Shown piece after piece: positions 1-9,479 of a stretch of 42,511 bases of DNA (its first letter is position 1; each line of letters begins with the position of its first letter). The notes under the pieces are model-generated. The model worked only from the letters and a program-made list of their open reading frames with translations. It was not told the origin of the DNA and did not search any database. The position numbers and the translations under genes are program-made. Origin of the DNA: a bacterium (GTDB taxonomy: Bacteria > DUMJ01); NCBI GenBank assembly GCA_049970495.1, contig JBMFMV010000008.1:1-42511 (forward strand), read 5' to 3'.

Positions 1-908
1 GGGTTAAAGTATTAAATGACGCGGATGAATTTTATGCCAAGTATTTGATAAACCAGGCAGGCATAAAATTAAATGGACTGAGAGTTGTTTTGGATTGTGC
101 TTATGGTGCGTCTTATAGAATTGCTCCATATGTCTATCGGGCTCTTGGTGCAGAAGTGATAAGTATAAATGATGAGCCTATAGGAGAGAAGATAAATGTA
201 AATTGTGGTTCTACTCATCCCGAAGTGGTTAGAGAAAGGGTCAAAGAATGTTCAGGAAGTATTGGTATCTCCTTTGATGGAGATTCTGATAGGGTTATTC
301 TAGTCGATGAGGAGGGAAACATCCTAGATGGAGATTATATTCTTGCTATATTAGGCATAGAGCTTTCAAGGAAAGGACTTTTGAAAAATAACATAGTCGT
401 AGGGACAATTCTAAGTAACATTGGTTTAGAGAAGGCATTGTCACAGTATGGAATTAGACTACTTAGATCTCAGGTTGGTGATAGGTATGTGCTAGAAGAG
501 ATGTTTAACAATAATGCTGTAATTGGAGGGGAACCTTCAGGACACATAATATATCTTCCTGGTGTTACTACTGGCGATGGTATGTTTACTTCACTTATGG
601 TGCTTAAATTCCTAAAGGAGTTAGACAGACCTTTGTCTTCTTTTAAGGATATTATGGTACGTTATCCTCAGATTTCTGAAAATATAAGGGTAAAGGATAA
701 ATTTGGAATAATGGAAAATGAGCAGATGAAGCTCTTAATAGATAAGTTAAAATGTACTATGGCAGGTAAGGGTAGAGTAGTTATAAGACCTTCTGGTACA
801 GAAGATTATCTAAGAATTACATTAGAAGGTGAAGATGAGTCATTTTTAATGATATTGCTAGAAGAAATCAGAAAGAAAGTAGAGGAGATAGATAATGCAT
901 ATTTCTGA
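1..908 (+). CDS. glmM: Phosphoglucosamine mutase, 5' truncated by the window
   Basis: Frame is open from base 3 (VKVLNDADEFYAKYLINQ...). Motifs VVLDCAYGA, FDGDSDR (metal loop), GGEPSGH, TTGDG, RPSGTE. Confidence 0.9.
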   Translation, partial: VKVLNDADEFYAKYLINQAGIKLNGLRVVLDCAYGASYRIAPYVYRALGAEVISINDEPIGEKINVNCGSTHPEVVRERVKECSGSIGISFDGDSDRVILVDEEGNILDGDYILAILGIELSRKGLLKNNIVVGTILSNIGLEKALSQYGIRLLRSQVGDRYVLEEMFNNNAVIGGEPSGHIIYLPGVTTGDGMFTSLMVLKFLKELDRPLSSFKDIMVRYPQISENIRVKDKFGIMENEQMKLLIDKLKCTMAGKGRVVIRPSGTEDYLRITLEGEDESFLMILLEEIRKKVEEIDNAYF

Positions 909-1746
909 TTGGTTTTCTAAAAAACCTAAATACGCAGTCCTAAAACCTGAAAAGAGAGAGATACCTGAAGGGCTGTGGACTAGATGTCCTAAATGTCTTG
1001 AGATACTTTACAATAAGGAACTAGAGAGGAACCTGAAGGTCTGTGGTAAGTGTGGATATCATTTTAAATTAGGCGCCTGGGAAAGGATATATCAGCTTGT
1101 TGATAATAATGAATTTTATGAGTTAGATGGGAACTTGGAAAGTGTAGATCCCTTACAATTTGATGATGGAATATATCTAGAGAAGTTAAGAGAGGACAAA
1201 GAGAAAACAGGGTTAAATGAGGCTATAGTTACAGGAAGAGGAAGGATTGAAGGGTTTGAAAGTTTTCTGGGGGCATTTGATTTTGGATTTATAGGTGGAA
1301 GTATGGCTTCGGTTGTTGGAGAGAAGGTTACTCGCCTATTTGAATATGGAGCAAAAGAAGATCTACCAGTTGTTATAGTTACTGCAACCGGTGGAGCTAG
1401 GATGTATGAGGGGATGTTGTCTCTTATGCAGATGGCAAAGACCAATGCTGCTTTAAATAGATATAGAAAAAGTGGTGGATTATTTATATCGGTTTTGGCA
1501 GATCCATCTACGGCTGGTGTAATGGCAAGCTTTGCCTCACAAGGAGATGTGATAATAGCAGAACCAGGAGCATTGATAGGCTTTGCTGGTCCAAGAGTTA
1601 TAGAACAGACTATAAAACAAAAATTACCGGAAGGATTTCAGAGTTCTGAGTTTGTCTTCCAACATGGTATGGTAGATATGATAGTAGAAAGAAATAAACT
1701 GAAATCAACTATAGGGAGAATAATAAGGATATGGAAGAAGAAATAA
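895..1746 (+). CDS. accD: Acetyl-CoA carboxylase carboxyltransferase beta subunit
   Basis: N-terminal C4 zinc finger (CPKC...CGKC), GGSM, GGARMYEG, SLMQMAKT, IGFAGPRVIEQT. Confidence 0.96.
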   Translation: MHISDWFSKKPKYAVLKPEKREIPEGLWTRCPKCLEILYNKELERNLKVCGKCGYHFKLGAWERIYQLVDNNEFYELDGNLESVDPLQFDDGIYLEKLREDKEKTGLNEAIVTGRGRIEGFESFLGAFDFGFIGGSMASVVGEKVTRLFEYGAKEDLPVVIVTATGGARMYEGMLSLMQMAKTNAALNRYRKSGGLFISVLADPSTAGVMASFASQGDVIIAEPGALIGFAGPRVIEQTIKQKLPEGFQSSEFVFQHGMVDMIVERNKLKSTIGRIIRIWKKK

Positions 1747-2597
1747 GGGAATTAACACCTTGGGAAAAAGTTCAACTATCTAGACATCCTCAGAGACCTC
1801 TAACTATAGATTATATAGAGAATCTATTTGAGGATTTTGTTGAACTTCATGGTGATAGATTATATGGGGATGATCCGGCACTTATTGGGGGTATAGGGAT
1901 ATTTAAAAATAGAGGGGTGGTAGTTATAGGGCATAATAAAGGTAAGAACATAAAAGAGAATGTATCTAGAAATTTTGGTATGCCGCACCCAGAAGGTTAC
2001 AGAAAGGCTTTAAGACTTATGAGACTGGCAGAGAGATGGCATCTGCCTGTAATCTCTTTTATTGATACCCCAGGTGCATATCCTGGTATAGGGGCAGAAG
2101 AGAGAGGACAGGCAGAGGCTATAGGTAGAAACATACTTGAAGCCTTTGATATAAAGACACCGATATTGGTAGTAGTTATAGGAGAAGGTGGGAGTGGAGG
2201 AGCATTGGGTATAGGTGTAGGGGATAGAGTTCTTATGTTGGAGAATTCTATATACTCTGTAATATCCCCTGAAGGGTGTGCTGCTATTATATGGAAAGAT
2301 TCTAAGCAGGCAGAAAAGGCAGCTTCTGCTTTAAAACTTACTGCTCAAGACTTACTTAAATTTAATATAATAGATGAAATAATCCCTGAGCCTCCAGGAG
2401 GTGCACATACTGATATAGCGGCAACAATAAGATTAGTAGAGGAAAGTATAGAGAGAAATTTAGAAGTAATATGTAATAAAGATATAGAAACCTTACTAGA
2501 AGAAAGATACCAGAAAGTTAGGAGAATTGGAGTCTTTGAAGAAGAAATGGTGCCGAAGGCCGGAGTTGAACCGGCACGGAGCCCAAGCTCCACTTGA
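1731..2597 (+). CDS. accA: Acetyl-CoA carboxylase carboxyltransferase alpha subunit; last 16 codons lie inside an antisense tRNA
   Basis: RHPQRP, NFGMPHPEGYRKALR, FIDTPGAYPG, GEGGSGGAL, YSVISPEG. Confidence 0.96.
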   Translation: MEEEIRELTPWEKVQLSRHPQRPLTIDYIENLFEDFVELHGDRLYGDDPALIGGIGIFKNRGVVVIGHNKGKNIKENVSRNFGMPHPEGYRKALRLMRLAERWHLPVISFIDTPGAYPGIGAEERGQAEAIGRNILEAFDIKTPILVVVIGEGGSGGALGIGVGDRVLMLENSIYSVISPEGCAAIIWKDSKQAEKAASALKLTAQDLLKFNIIDEIIPEPPGGAHTDIAATIRLVEESIERNLEVICNKDIETLLEERYQKVRRIGVFEEEMVPKAGVEPARSPSST

Positions 2598-2636
2598 TTT
2601 TGAGTCAAGCGCGTCTGCCTATTCCGCCACTTCGGC
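2548..2636 (-). tRNA. tRNA-Leu (anticodon CAA), long variable arm, encoded CCA
   Basis: Minus strand reads GCCGAAGTGGCGGAATAGGCAGACGCGCTTGACTCAAAATCAAGTGGAGCTTGGGCTCCGTGCCGGTTCAACTCCGGCCTTCGGCACCA. Acceptor stem GCCGAAG/CTTCGGC, anticodon arm CTTGA-CTCAAAA-TCAAG, variable arm GGAGC/GCTCC, T-loop TTCAACT. Confidence 0.97.
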
Positions 2637-2647
2637 TCTTTAGTATA

Positions 2648-2676
2648 ATTTTAAAATAGAGAGAAGGTGATGTCAA
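2648..2676 (-). promoter_or_regulatory. Sigma70-type promoter for tRNA-Leu
   Basis: Minus strand TTGACA (2676-2671), 17 nt, TAAAAT (2653-2648); start would fall about 5 nt before the tRNA 5' G. Confidence 0.75.
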
Positions 2677-5204
2677 TAGAAAAGCTTGTATTAGTAGATG
2701 GCAGCGGAATAGCTTATAGATGCTATTTTGCACTACCAAGACTTTCTAGCCCTAAAGGATTTCCAACACAAGCTATATATGGTTTTGCTAATATTATCTT
2801 TAAGATCTTAGACGAGATAGAACCAGATTATATTGTAGTGGCCTTTGATACCCCTTTACCCTCTTTTAGACATGAGACATATAAAGAGTATAAGGCGCAT
2901 CGTCAGGCTATGCCTGATGAGATGAGTGTGCAGATACCTTATATAAAGAGACTATTGAAGGCTTTATCAATTGCTATATTAGAATGTCCAGGATATGAAG
3001 CCGATGATGTTATAGCAACTCTTGTAGATAGATTTAAGAATAGCTTAGATATCTCTGTTATATCTGGAGATTATGACCTCTTATCTCTTGTGGATGAAAA
3101 CGTAAAAGTTATTGTCCCAAGAAAAGGAATAACAGAGGTAGAAATCTTTGATATCAAGGCGGTTGAGGAGAAGTTTGGAGTTCCACCGCATAAGATACCA
3201 ATCTTTAAGGCGCTAGCAGGAGATTCTTCTGATAACATAAAGGGGATTGAAGGTATAGGTAAAAGTAGTGCGGTTGAGATATTAAAAAATATAAATACCT
3301 TAGAAGAACTCTTGTCCAGTATTCAAAATCTTCCTCCACGACTGAGGTCTAAACTTGAGGGAAAGGAAGAAGAGATTAGAGAAAATCTCTTCTTAGCAAC
3401 GCTAAAGAGAGATATCCCTGTGGAGATTAATTTAGAAGATATCGCTACTAAACCTCCTAATATAGAAGAGATTAAGGAGATAGCTCTAGAATTGGGTATG
3501 AAGTCTATACTGAAGAGATTTTCTCTAGAGGCACAAGAGAGTTCTAATATAGAAATTCATACAGAGAGGAAAAAAGTAGAGGATATTAGTGAAGTTGTAA
3601 AAGATGTAAATTATTTAGCATTATGCCCAGAAATCGACTTTTCTATTTATCCGCCTAAGATTAAAAGTTTATCTATCTCTCTAGATGAGAAGATATATAG
3701 AGTTGAAGGAAGTGTAAATGCTATTACAGACTTTGTATCGAATCTTATATCTACAGATAAGTGTATCGCAGTATATGATATGAAGTCTGTGTGGAAGACG
3801 ATAGAATTAGATAAGATAGAAACTTCAAATATACTTGATATATCCATATTAGGATATCTACTAGACCCATCCCAAGAAGTAACTCTAAATAAGCTTATAG
3901 ATAGATATATAAACGAGAGATTACCACAGGAGTATGCTATTTATAAACTGGGAAATTTGTTGAAAGAAGAAGTAGATAAGAGTGAAATGGTTGAGTTATA
4001 CCATCGAATAGAACTTCCTCTTACCAAAGTCCTTGCCAGTATGGAACTTAAAGGTGTTCTGATAGATGTGGATTACCTTAGAGAATTGTCTAAGGTGCTA
4101 GAAGTGTCTCTATCTCAGATAGAAAAAGAGATTTATAACCTTGCAGGAGAGGTTTTTAATATAAATTCGCCTAAGCAGCTTGGCTATATACTTTTTGAAA
4201 AGTTGAAACTTCCCCCTATTAAGAAAACAAAAACTGGATACTCTACCGATGCTGAGGTTCTAACCCAGTTAGCTACTGAAAGTGAGATATGTGTGAAGCT
4301 TTTGGAATATAGAGAACTTACAAAACTGAAATCTACTTATGTGGATGCTCTACCAAGACTTATAAATCCATACACAGGGAGGTTACATACTACCTTTAGT
4401 CAGACTAGTACTTCGACAGGGAGGTTGGCAAGTAGTGACCCTAATCTACAGAATATACCAGTTAGGAGCGAAATAGGTAAGGAGATAAGAAGAGCTTTCA
4501 TAGCACCTAAAGGGTATAAGCTTATCTCTGCAGATTATTCGCAGATAGAACTCAGAATCCTTGCTCATTTAAGTGGGGATCCCCTACTTATAGAAGCCTT
4601 TGAAAAAGGTATAGATATTCACTCCCAGACTGCAGTCAAGATATTAGGTGTAAAGCCTGAAGACGTGACCCCCAATCTTAGGAGACTAGCAAAGACAATA
4701 AACTTTGGAATAATATATGGTATGAGTGATTACGGACTGGCTAAAGAGCTTGGTATACATAAGAGAGAGGCTAAAGAGTATATAGAAAATTATTTCAATA
4801 CTTACAAAGTGGTTAGAGATTTCCTAGAGAGTCTAAAAGAATCTGCTAGAGAAAAGGGGTATGTTACTACTATCTTTAATAGGAGAAGGTATATACCTCA
4901 GATAAAGAGTAGTAATAAGACGGAGAGAGAGTTGGGTGAGAGATTGGCCATAAATACCCCTATACAGGGGAGTGCGGCAGACCTGATAAAATTAGCTATG
5001 GTTAACCTTTACAATACTTTAAGAGGAAAAGGATTACCAGCAGATATTACTTTACAGATTCATGATGAATTACTTGTAGAGGTAAAAGAAGAAGTGGCAG
5101 AAGAAGTAGCACAGATAGTCAAAGAGACTATGGAAAGTGCGTACCCTATGAGGGTACCTATCACAGTAGATGTAAAAATAGGAGACAATTGGTGTGAGAT
5201 ATGA
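2667..5204 (+). CDS. polA: DNA polymerase I (GTG 2667 or ATG 2670 start)
   Basis: 5'-3' exonuclease motifs (VDGS, YEADD, GDSSDNIKGI); polymerase motifs DYSQIELR, KTINFGIIYG, QIHDELL. Confidence 0.97.
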   Translation: MMSIEKLVLVDGSGIAYRCYFALPRLSSPKGFPTQAIYGFANIIFKILDEIEPDYIVVAFDTPLPSFRHETYKEYKAHRQAMPDEMSVQIPYIKRLLKALSIAILECPGYEADDVIATLVDRFKNSLDISVISGDYDLLSLVDENVKVIVPRKGITEVEIFDIKAVEEKFGVPPHKIPIFKALAGDSSDNIKGIEGIGKSSAVEILKNINTLEELLSSIQNLPPRLRSKLEGKEEEIRENLFLATLKRDIPVEINLEDIATKPPNIEEIKEIALELGMKSILKRFSLEAQESSNIEIHTERKKVEDISEVVKDVNYLALCPEIDFSIYPPKIKSLSISLDEKIYRVEGSVNAITDFVSNLISTDKCIAVYDMKSVWKTIELDKIETSNILDISILGYLLDPSQEVTLNKLIDRYINERLPQEYAIYKLGNLLKEEVDKSEMVELYHRIELPLTKVLASMELKGVLIDVDYLRELSKVLEVSLSQIEKEIYNLAGEVFNINSPKQLGYILFEKLKLPPIKKTKTGYSTDAEVLTQLATESEICVKLLEYRELTKLKSTYVDALPRLINPYTGRLHTTFSQTSTSTGRLASSDPNLQNIPVRSEIGKEIRRAFIAPKGYKLISADYSQIELRILAHLSGDPLLIEAFEKGIDIHSQTAVKILGVKPEDVTPNLRRLAKTINFGIIYGMSDYGLAKELGIHKREAKEYIENYFNTYKVVRDFLESLKESAREKGYVTTIFNRRRYIPQIKSSNKTERELGERLAINTPIQGSAADLIKLAMVNLYNTLRGKGLPADITLQIHDELLVEVKEEVAEEVAQIVKETMESAYPMRVPITVDVKIGDNWCEI

Positions 5205-6451
5205 AAGTACTAGTAGTTGGTAGTGGTGGAAGAGAAGATGCTATTGCATATAAGGTGAGGCAGAGTCGATTATTATCTGAGCTTTACTGTATCCCAGGTA
5301 ATGGAGGTATGGCTAAGAAAGGGGAGATTATAGAAGGTAGACTTGAAGATATCCCAAAAATTTCTAAAGATATAGGAATAGACTTTATTATTGTTGGTCC
5401 GGAGGCTCCACTGGTCGAAGGGATAGTAGATAAGTGTCGATTATACAATATCCCAGTATTTGGACCAGATTCTATGGGAGCTCAACTTGAAGGGAGTAAG
5501 GTATTTGCCAAGAATTTTATGAAAAAGAATGGTATTCCTACTGCAGACTTTTATGTGGCTTCTAATTATGAAGATGCGGTTAGATATGTAGAAAGTCATG
5601 GTCTTAAAGCGATAAAGGCTGATGGATTAGCGGGAGGCAAAGGAGTTGTTATACCTAGCGATTTGGAATCGGCTAGAGATACACTGTATAAGTTTATGGT
5701 GGAGAAGACCCTAGGCAGATCTGGAGAAAGGGTAGTATTGGAAGATATCTTGGTTGGGAGAGAGGTCTCTTGTTTTATAATAACTGATGGTAGGGACTAT
5801 ATACTCTTACCTTCTGCCCAAGACTATAAGAGAGCCTATGATGGAAATATGGGACCAAATACTGGGGGGATGGGTAGTGTCGCCCCTATAACTATATCAG
5901 AAGAGATAGAAAAAAAGATTAAGGAGAGGATAATAGATAGGACACTTGAAGGTTTAAAAAGAGAAGGGATTGACTATAGGGGGATTATATACTTTGGCCT
6001 TATGTTAGTTGATAAAGACCCGTTTGTTCTGGAATATAATGTTAGACTTGGAGACCCAGAGACACAGGCAATAATACCTTTGATAGAGGATGACCTGTTA
6101 GAGATATTCTACGAGACGGTTATATCTAAGTTACCTAGAGTTGATATAAAGTTGAAGCCTATATATTCTTGTTGTGTTGTACTTGCCTCTAAAGGCTATC
6201 CTGGACATTATGAAACTGGTAAAGAAATATTTGGCCTAGAGGACATCTCTGATTGTATTGTATTTCATGCAGGGACTAAACTTATAAATGATAGATTTTA
6301 CACTTCAGGTGGGAGGGTCTTAAATATAGTAGGATTAGGCGAGACTATAGAAACTGCTAGGAGTAAAGCTTATAAATGTGTCTCTAAGGTTAGATTTGAA
6401 AATATGTTCTATAGGAAAGATATAGGTGAAGGAGTGAGGAATATTGATTGA
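5201..6451 (+). CDS. purD: Phosphoribosylamine-glycine ligase
   Basis: MKVLVVGSGGRE, LEGSKVFAK, KADGLAGGKGV, QDYKR, GPNTGGMG, EYNVRLGDPE, YRKDIG. Confidence 0.96.
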   Translation: MKVLVVGSGGREDAIAYKVRQSRLLSELYCIPGNGGMAKKGEIIEGRLEDIPKISKDIGIDFIIVGPEAPLVEGIVDKCRLYNIPVFGPDSMGAQLEGSKVFAKNFMKKNGIPTADFYVASNYEDAVRYVESHGLKAIKADGLAGGKGVVIPSDLESARDTLYKFMVEKTLGRSGERVVLEDILVGREVSCFIITDGRDYILLPSAQDYKRAYDGNMGPNTGGMGSVAPITISEEIEKKIKERIIDRTLEGLKREGIDYRGIIYFGLMLVDKDPFVLEYNVRLGDPETQAIIPLIEDDLLEIFYETVISKLPRVDIKLKPIYSCCVVLASKGYPGHYETGKEIFGLEDISDCIVFHAGTKLINDRFYTSGGRVLNIVGLGETIETARSKAYKCVSKVRFENMFYRKDIGEGVRNID

Positions 6452-7754
6452 GAGATATACTGTTCCTGAGATTACTAAGATATGGGAAGATGACTATAAA
6501 TTTTCCCTTTGGTTAAAGATAGAGCTCTTAGTATGTGAGGCTTATAGTAGGCTTGGAATAATTCCTTCTTCTGCACTAGAAAGGATAAAGAAAAATGCTA
6601 CTTATGGGAGCGTGGAAAAGGTAAAGGAGATAGAAAAAGAGACAAAGCATGATGTGGTTGCTTTTGTTAAAGCGGTAGGTGAAAGTATTGGTCAAGATGC
6701 TAGATACTTACACCTTGGTCTTACTTCATCTGATCTCTTGGATACTACTTTGAGCCTCCAACTAAAAGAGTCTGGAGATATTATTTTAAGGGATTTAGAG
6801 AATACAATAGAGATAGTAAGAGAAAAGGCGAAGAAATATCGGGATTTAACAATGATAGGTAGGACACATGGGGTTCATGCAGAACCAATTACGTTTGGAT
6901 TTAAGTTGGCGGGTTGGATTGCAGAATTAGAACGTAATAAAAAAAGATTAATCTCTGCCATTGAAGAGATATCTGTTGGAAAGATATCAGGGGCAGTTGG
7001 AACATATGCAGAAGTTCCCCCAGAGGTGGAGGCTTATGTGTGTGAAAAGTTAGGCCTTAAGAATGATACTGCCTCTACACAAGTCATATCGAGAGATAGA
7101 TATGCATTTTTCTTAGCTACCTTGGCTATATTAGGGTCTTCTCTAGAAAGGTTTGCTACAGAGATAAGGCATATGGCTAGGACAGAAGTTAGAGAGGTAG
7201 AGGAAGGTTTTAGCAAAGGGCAGAGAGGTTCAAGTGCCATGCCGCATAAGAAGAATCCTATAACAGCTGAACAGATATGTGGTCTTGCTAGGGTCTTAAG
7301 GAGTAATCTTATTGCCTCTCTTGAAAATATTGCCCTTTGGCATGAGAGAGACATAAGTCACTCTTCTGTAGAAAGAATCATTATGCCAGACTCGACCATC
7401 TTGGCAAGTTATCTCCTTCGTAGATTTGCCCAATTAGTAAAAGATTTAGTGATATATCCAGAGAATATAGAGAGGAATCTAAGACTTACTGGAGGATTAT
7501 ATAACTCTCAAAGGGTACTTTTAGCCCTTATGAATAAGGGATTACCTAGAGATACCGCTTATGAGATAGTACAGAGAAATGCGCTTAAGGCATGGAACCT
7601 AAATAGACCTTTTTATGAGATTCTTTTAGAGGATGGGGAGGTAAGGAAATACCTTACAGAAGACGAACTGAAAAGCTGTTTTAATGATGAAGAGTATAAG
7701 AAAAATCTAGGAGTTATATACAGAAGAGTTGGAATAGACAATGCTTTACAGTAA
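6444..7754 (+). CDS. purB: Adenylosuccinate lyase (TTG start, GGAG Shine-Dalgarno upstream)
   Basis: HDVVAF, GLTSSD, GRTHGVHAEP, SSAMPHKKNP signature, HERDISHSSVER. Confidence 0.96.
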   Translation: MIERYTVPEITKIWEDDYKFSLWLKIELLVCEAYSRLGIIPSSALERIKKNATYGSVEKVKEIEKETKHDVVAFVKAVGESIGQDARYLHLGLTSSDLLDTTLSLQLKESGDIILRDLENTIEIVREKAKKYRDLTMIGRTHGVHAEPITFGFKLAGWIAELERNKKRLISAIEEISVGKISGAVGTYAEVPPEVEAYVCEKLGLKNDTASTQVISRDRYAFFLATLAILGSSLERFATEIRHMARTEVREVEEGFSKGQRGSSAMPHKKNPITAEQICGLARVLRSNLIASLENIALWHERDISHSSVERIIMPDSTILASYLLRRFAQLVKDLVIYPENIERNLRLTGGLYNSQRVLLALMNKGLPRDTAYEIVQRNALKAWNLNRPFYEILLEDGEVRKYLTEDELKSCFNDEEYKKNLGVIYRRVGIDNALQ

Positions 7755-7943
7755 GGTGTAATAATCTGTGTAAATTCCTGGAAGGGAACTAGTAGAACTT
7801 AGCTGATAATATCTTCGAAAGATGAAATATTATTCAAGGGCATATCTAGCGATAGAAATAAAGGTTTGGCATCTGATACTGGCAGAGTTAGTTGTTTATC
7901 TTGAAAACCAATAGGAATTTACACTAGTTTTTTGAAAGACCCC
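7750..7943 (+). mobile_element. Internally deleted IS256-family relic (MITE-like, about 190 bp)
   Basis: Perfect 12-bp inverted repeat GTGTAAATTCCT (7768-7779) / AGGAATTTACAC (7913-7924) inside IS256-like ends. Internal frameshifted peptide SSKDEILFK/AYLAIEIKVWHLILAELVVYLENQ* (stop 7912-7914) resembles the IS256 transposase C-terminus as I recall it. Confidence 0.62.
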
Positions 7944-7945
7944 TA

Positions 7946-9412
7946 TTATAGTTTATATACTTCTGCAATTTTCCATTTATCTTGCCAATTTTTTCTTGTA
8001 AGTAATACTAGGTAAGTAGTCCTTTGCGTTCCATCTGTAACCTCTTCTAAATAGACTAGCGCTTTAGTCTTATTCATATTAAATCCCACTCTTGATACAT
8101 AGAATACCTTATCTAAAAAGTCTACCCTATCTCTGCTTATTAGAGTAATTATTTGAGTCCTATCTGAAAGTTTATCTTTGGATCCTGGAATCCATAAATT
8201 ATTAATCTCGTATTCCCTTTCGTTTTTTATGTTAAAGTCCTCTATGATAGCTCTACCAAACTTTTCTGCTAGGCTTGTGTCTAACTGTTTTTTTAGGGTG
8301 ATATTGACAAGATTTACCTCCTCAGAAATGATTTCTTTAATACTTTTAGAAGTAAAGATTATTTTGTATACTTCATACTCGAAACCGCTGAGGTATGGAT
8401 AACTGTAGAATAAGTTTTTCTTATAATCTTCTTCTGCGGGCTTTAACATGTAGCCTAAGAAGAATTCTTGTTCCCAAATATACGGTCTAGGGTCAAGTTT
8501 ATTTGGATCATAGAAAAAATCCACTTGAAAGTTATACGTCCCACTGTACCGCATTACCTGTATATAGAGTTTTTCCGTCTTAGAGAAGAGGTCTCTAGCT
8601 TCTGGATAGATCTTTTCTATCTCATCTATATAGATCCTACTAGAATTACTGACCTCAAAGATTACTCCTCTATCTTTGTCTAGGGGAAAATAGTTTCTTG
8701 TAGGAAAACTTCCTGGACAGATAAATATCAAGTCTATTATCCCTTCACCACCAACTATATTTGATGCCTTTAAGGGATAGTAGATTGTTTCAGACTTAAA
8801 TCTATAGACTAATGGTTCTACCAATCTTGTCTCTGTCTTGACTGTAACATAATCGATGACAAAATAGTTAATACCTCTATTTACATAGTCCTCTGCATTT
8901 CTATAGAAACTATCCAAGTCGCTTAATATATTATCTATTCCCTTCTTTTTTAAAAAGTTCTTTACCCAATCAGTAAATCCTGATATGTCATTTACTTTTA
9001 TAACGGTAACGTCGTGAAGCCCTATCTTTTCACTCAGTTTTATCTCAATTGACATAGTCTTAGCTGATCCACCCTTAAATATCATCGGGTCTATAATCTC
9101 AATCCCCTTTTCCTCAGTTATTAGCCTTTCTATCTCCTTAAAAGGATCACCAGTAGCTAGTCTGATCTCTGGTTGTGAAGGAAAGGGTATAAACTCTAGT
9201 ACATAGGTATCTCTATCTGCTCTTAGTTCTGTTCCTAATATCAAGACTTCTTCTTTGAAGTTATGTATAATGATTGCCCTTTGTGAGTCTTGGGATATAC
9301 TTATAGGCCAGGGCGAAACTGAACCCTTATCAGCTAAGACAGGATTAGATATAGAAAAAACTGACAAAAAGACAAATATTAAAGATGCAAAAACACTATT
9401 TAGCTTTACCAT
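7946..9412 (-). CDS. Exported hypothetical protein; N-terminal part resembles DUF2330, plus a separate C-terminal domain
   Basis: 488-aa ORF, GAGG Shine-Dalgarno, Sec-type signal peptide (MVKLNSVFASLIFVFLSVFSISNPVLA), QRAIII..EEVLIL..LEFIPFPSQP pattern. Family call is from pattern memory. Confidence 0.6.
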   Translation of the reverse strand: MVKLNSVFASLIFVFLSVFSISNPVLADKGSVSPWPISISQDSQRAIIIHNFKEEVLILGTELRADRDTYVLEFIPFPSQPEIRLATGDPFKEIERLITEEKGIEIIDPMIFKGGSAKTMSIEIKLSEKIGLHDVTVIKVNDISGFTDWVKNFLKKKGIDNILSDLDSFYRNAEDYVNRGINYFVIDYVTVKTETRLVEPLVYRFKSETIYYPLKASNIVGGEGIIDLIFICPGSFPTRNYFPLDKDRGVIFEVSNSSRIYIDEIEKIYPEARDLFSKTEKLYIQVMRYSGTYNFQVDFFYDPNKLDPRPYIWEQEFFLGYMLKPAEEDYKKNLFYSYPYLSGFEYEVYKIIFTSKSIKEIISEEVNLVNITLKKQLDTSLAEKFGRAIIEDFNIKNEREYEINNLWIPGSKDKLSDRTQIITLISRDRVDFLDKVFYVSRVGFNMNKTKALVYLEEVTDGTQRTTYLVLLTRKNWQDKWKIAEVYKL

Positions 9413-9479
9413 AAATATTACCTCACCGAATTTATCTCTATAAGAGATTTTCTCACAAAATCTTTGTAAAGTAAAGGAG

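Noticed and set aside
2345..2608. 87-aa minus-strand ORF starting in the tRNA
   Set aside because: Its start lies in the tRNA anticodon arm and the rest is antisense to accA.
2548..2636. tRNA as an integration site for an island
   Set aside because: No integrase and no duplicated tRNA 3' end seen in the window.
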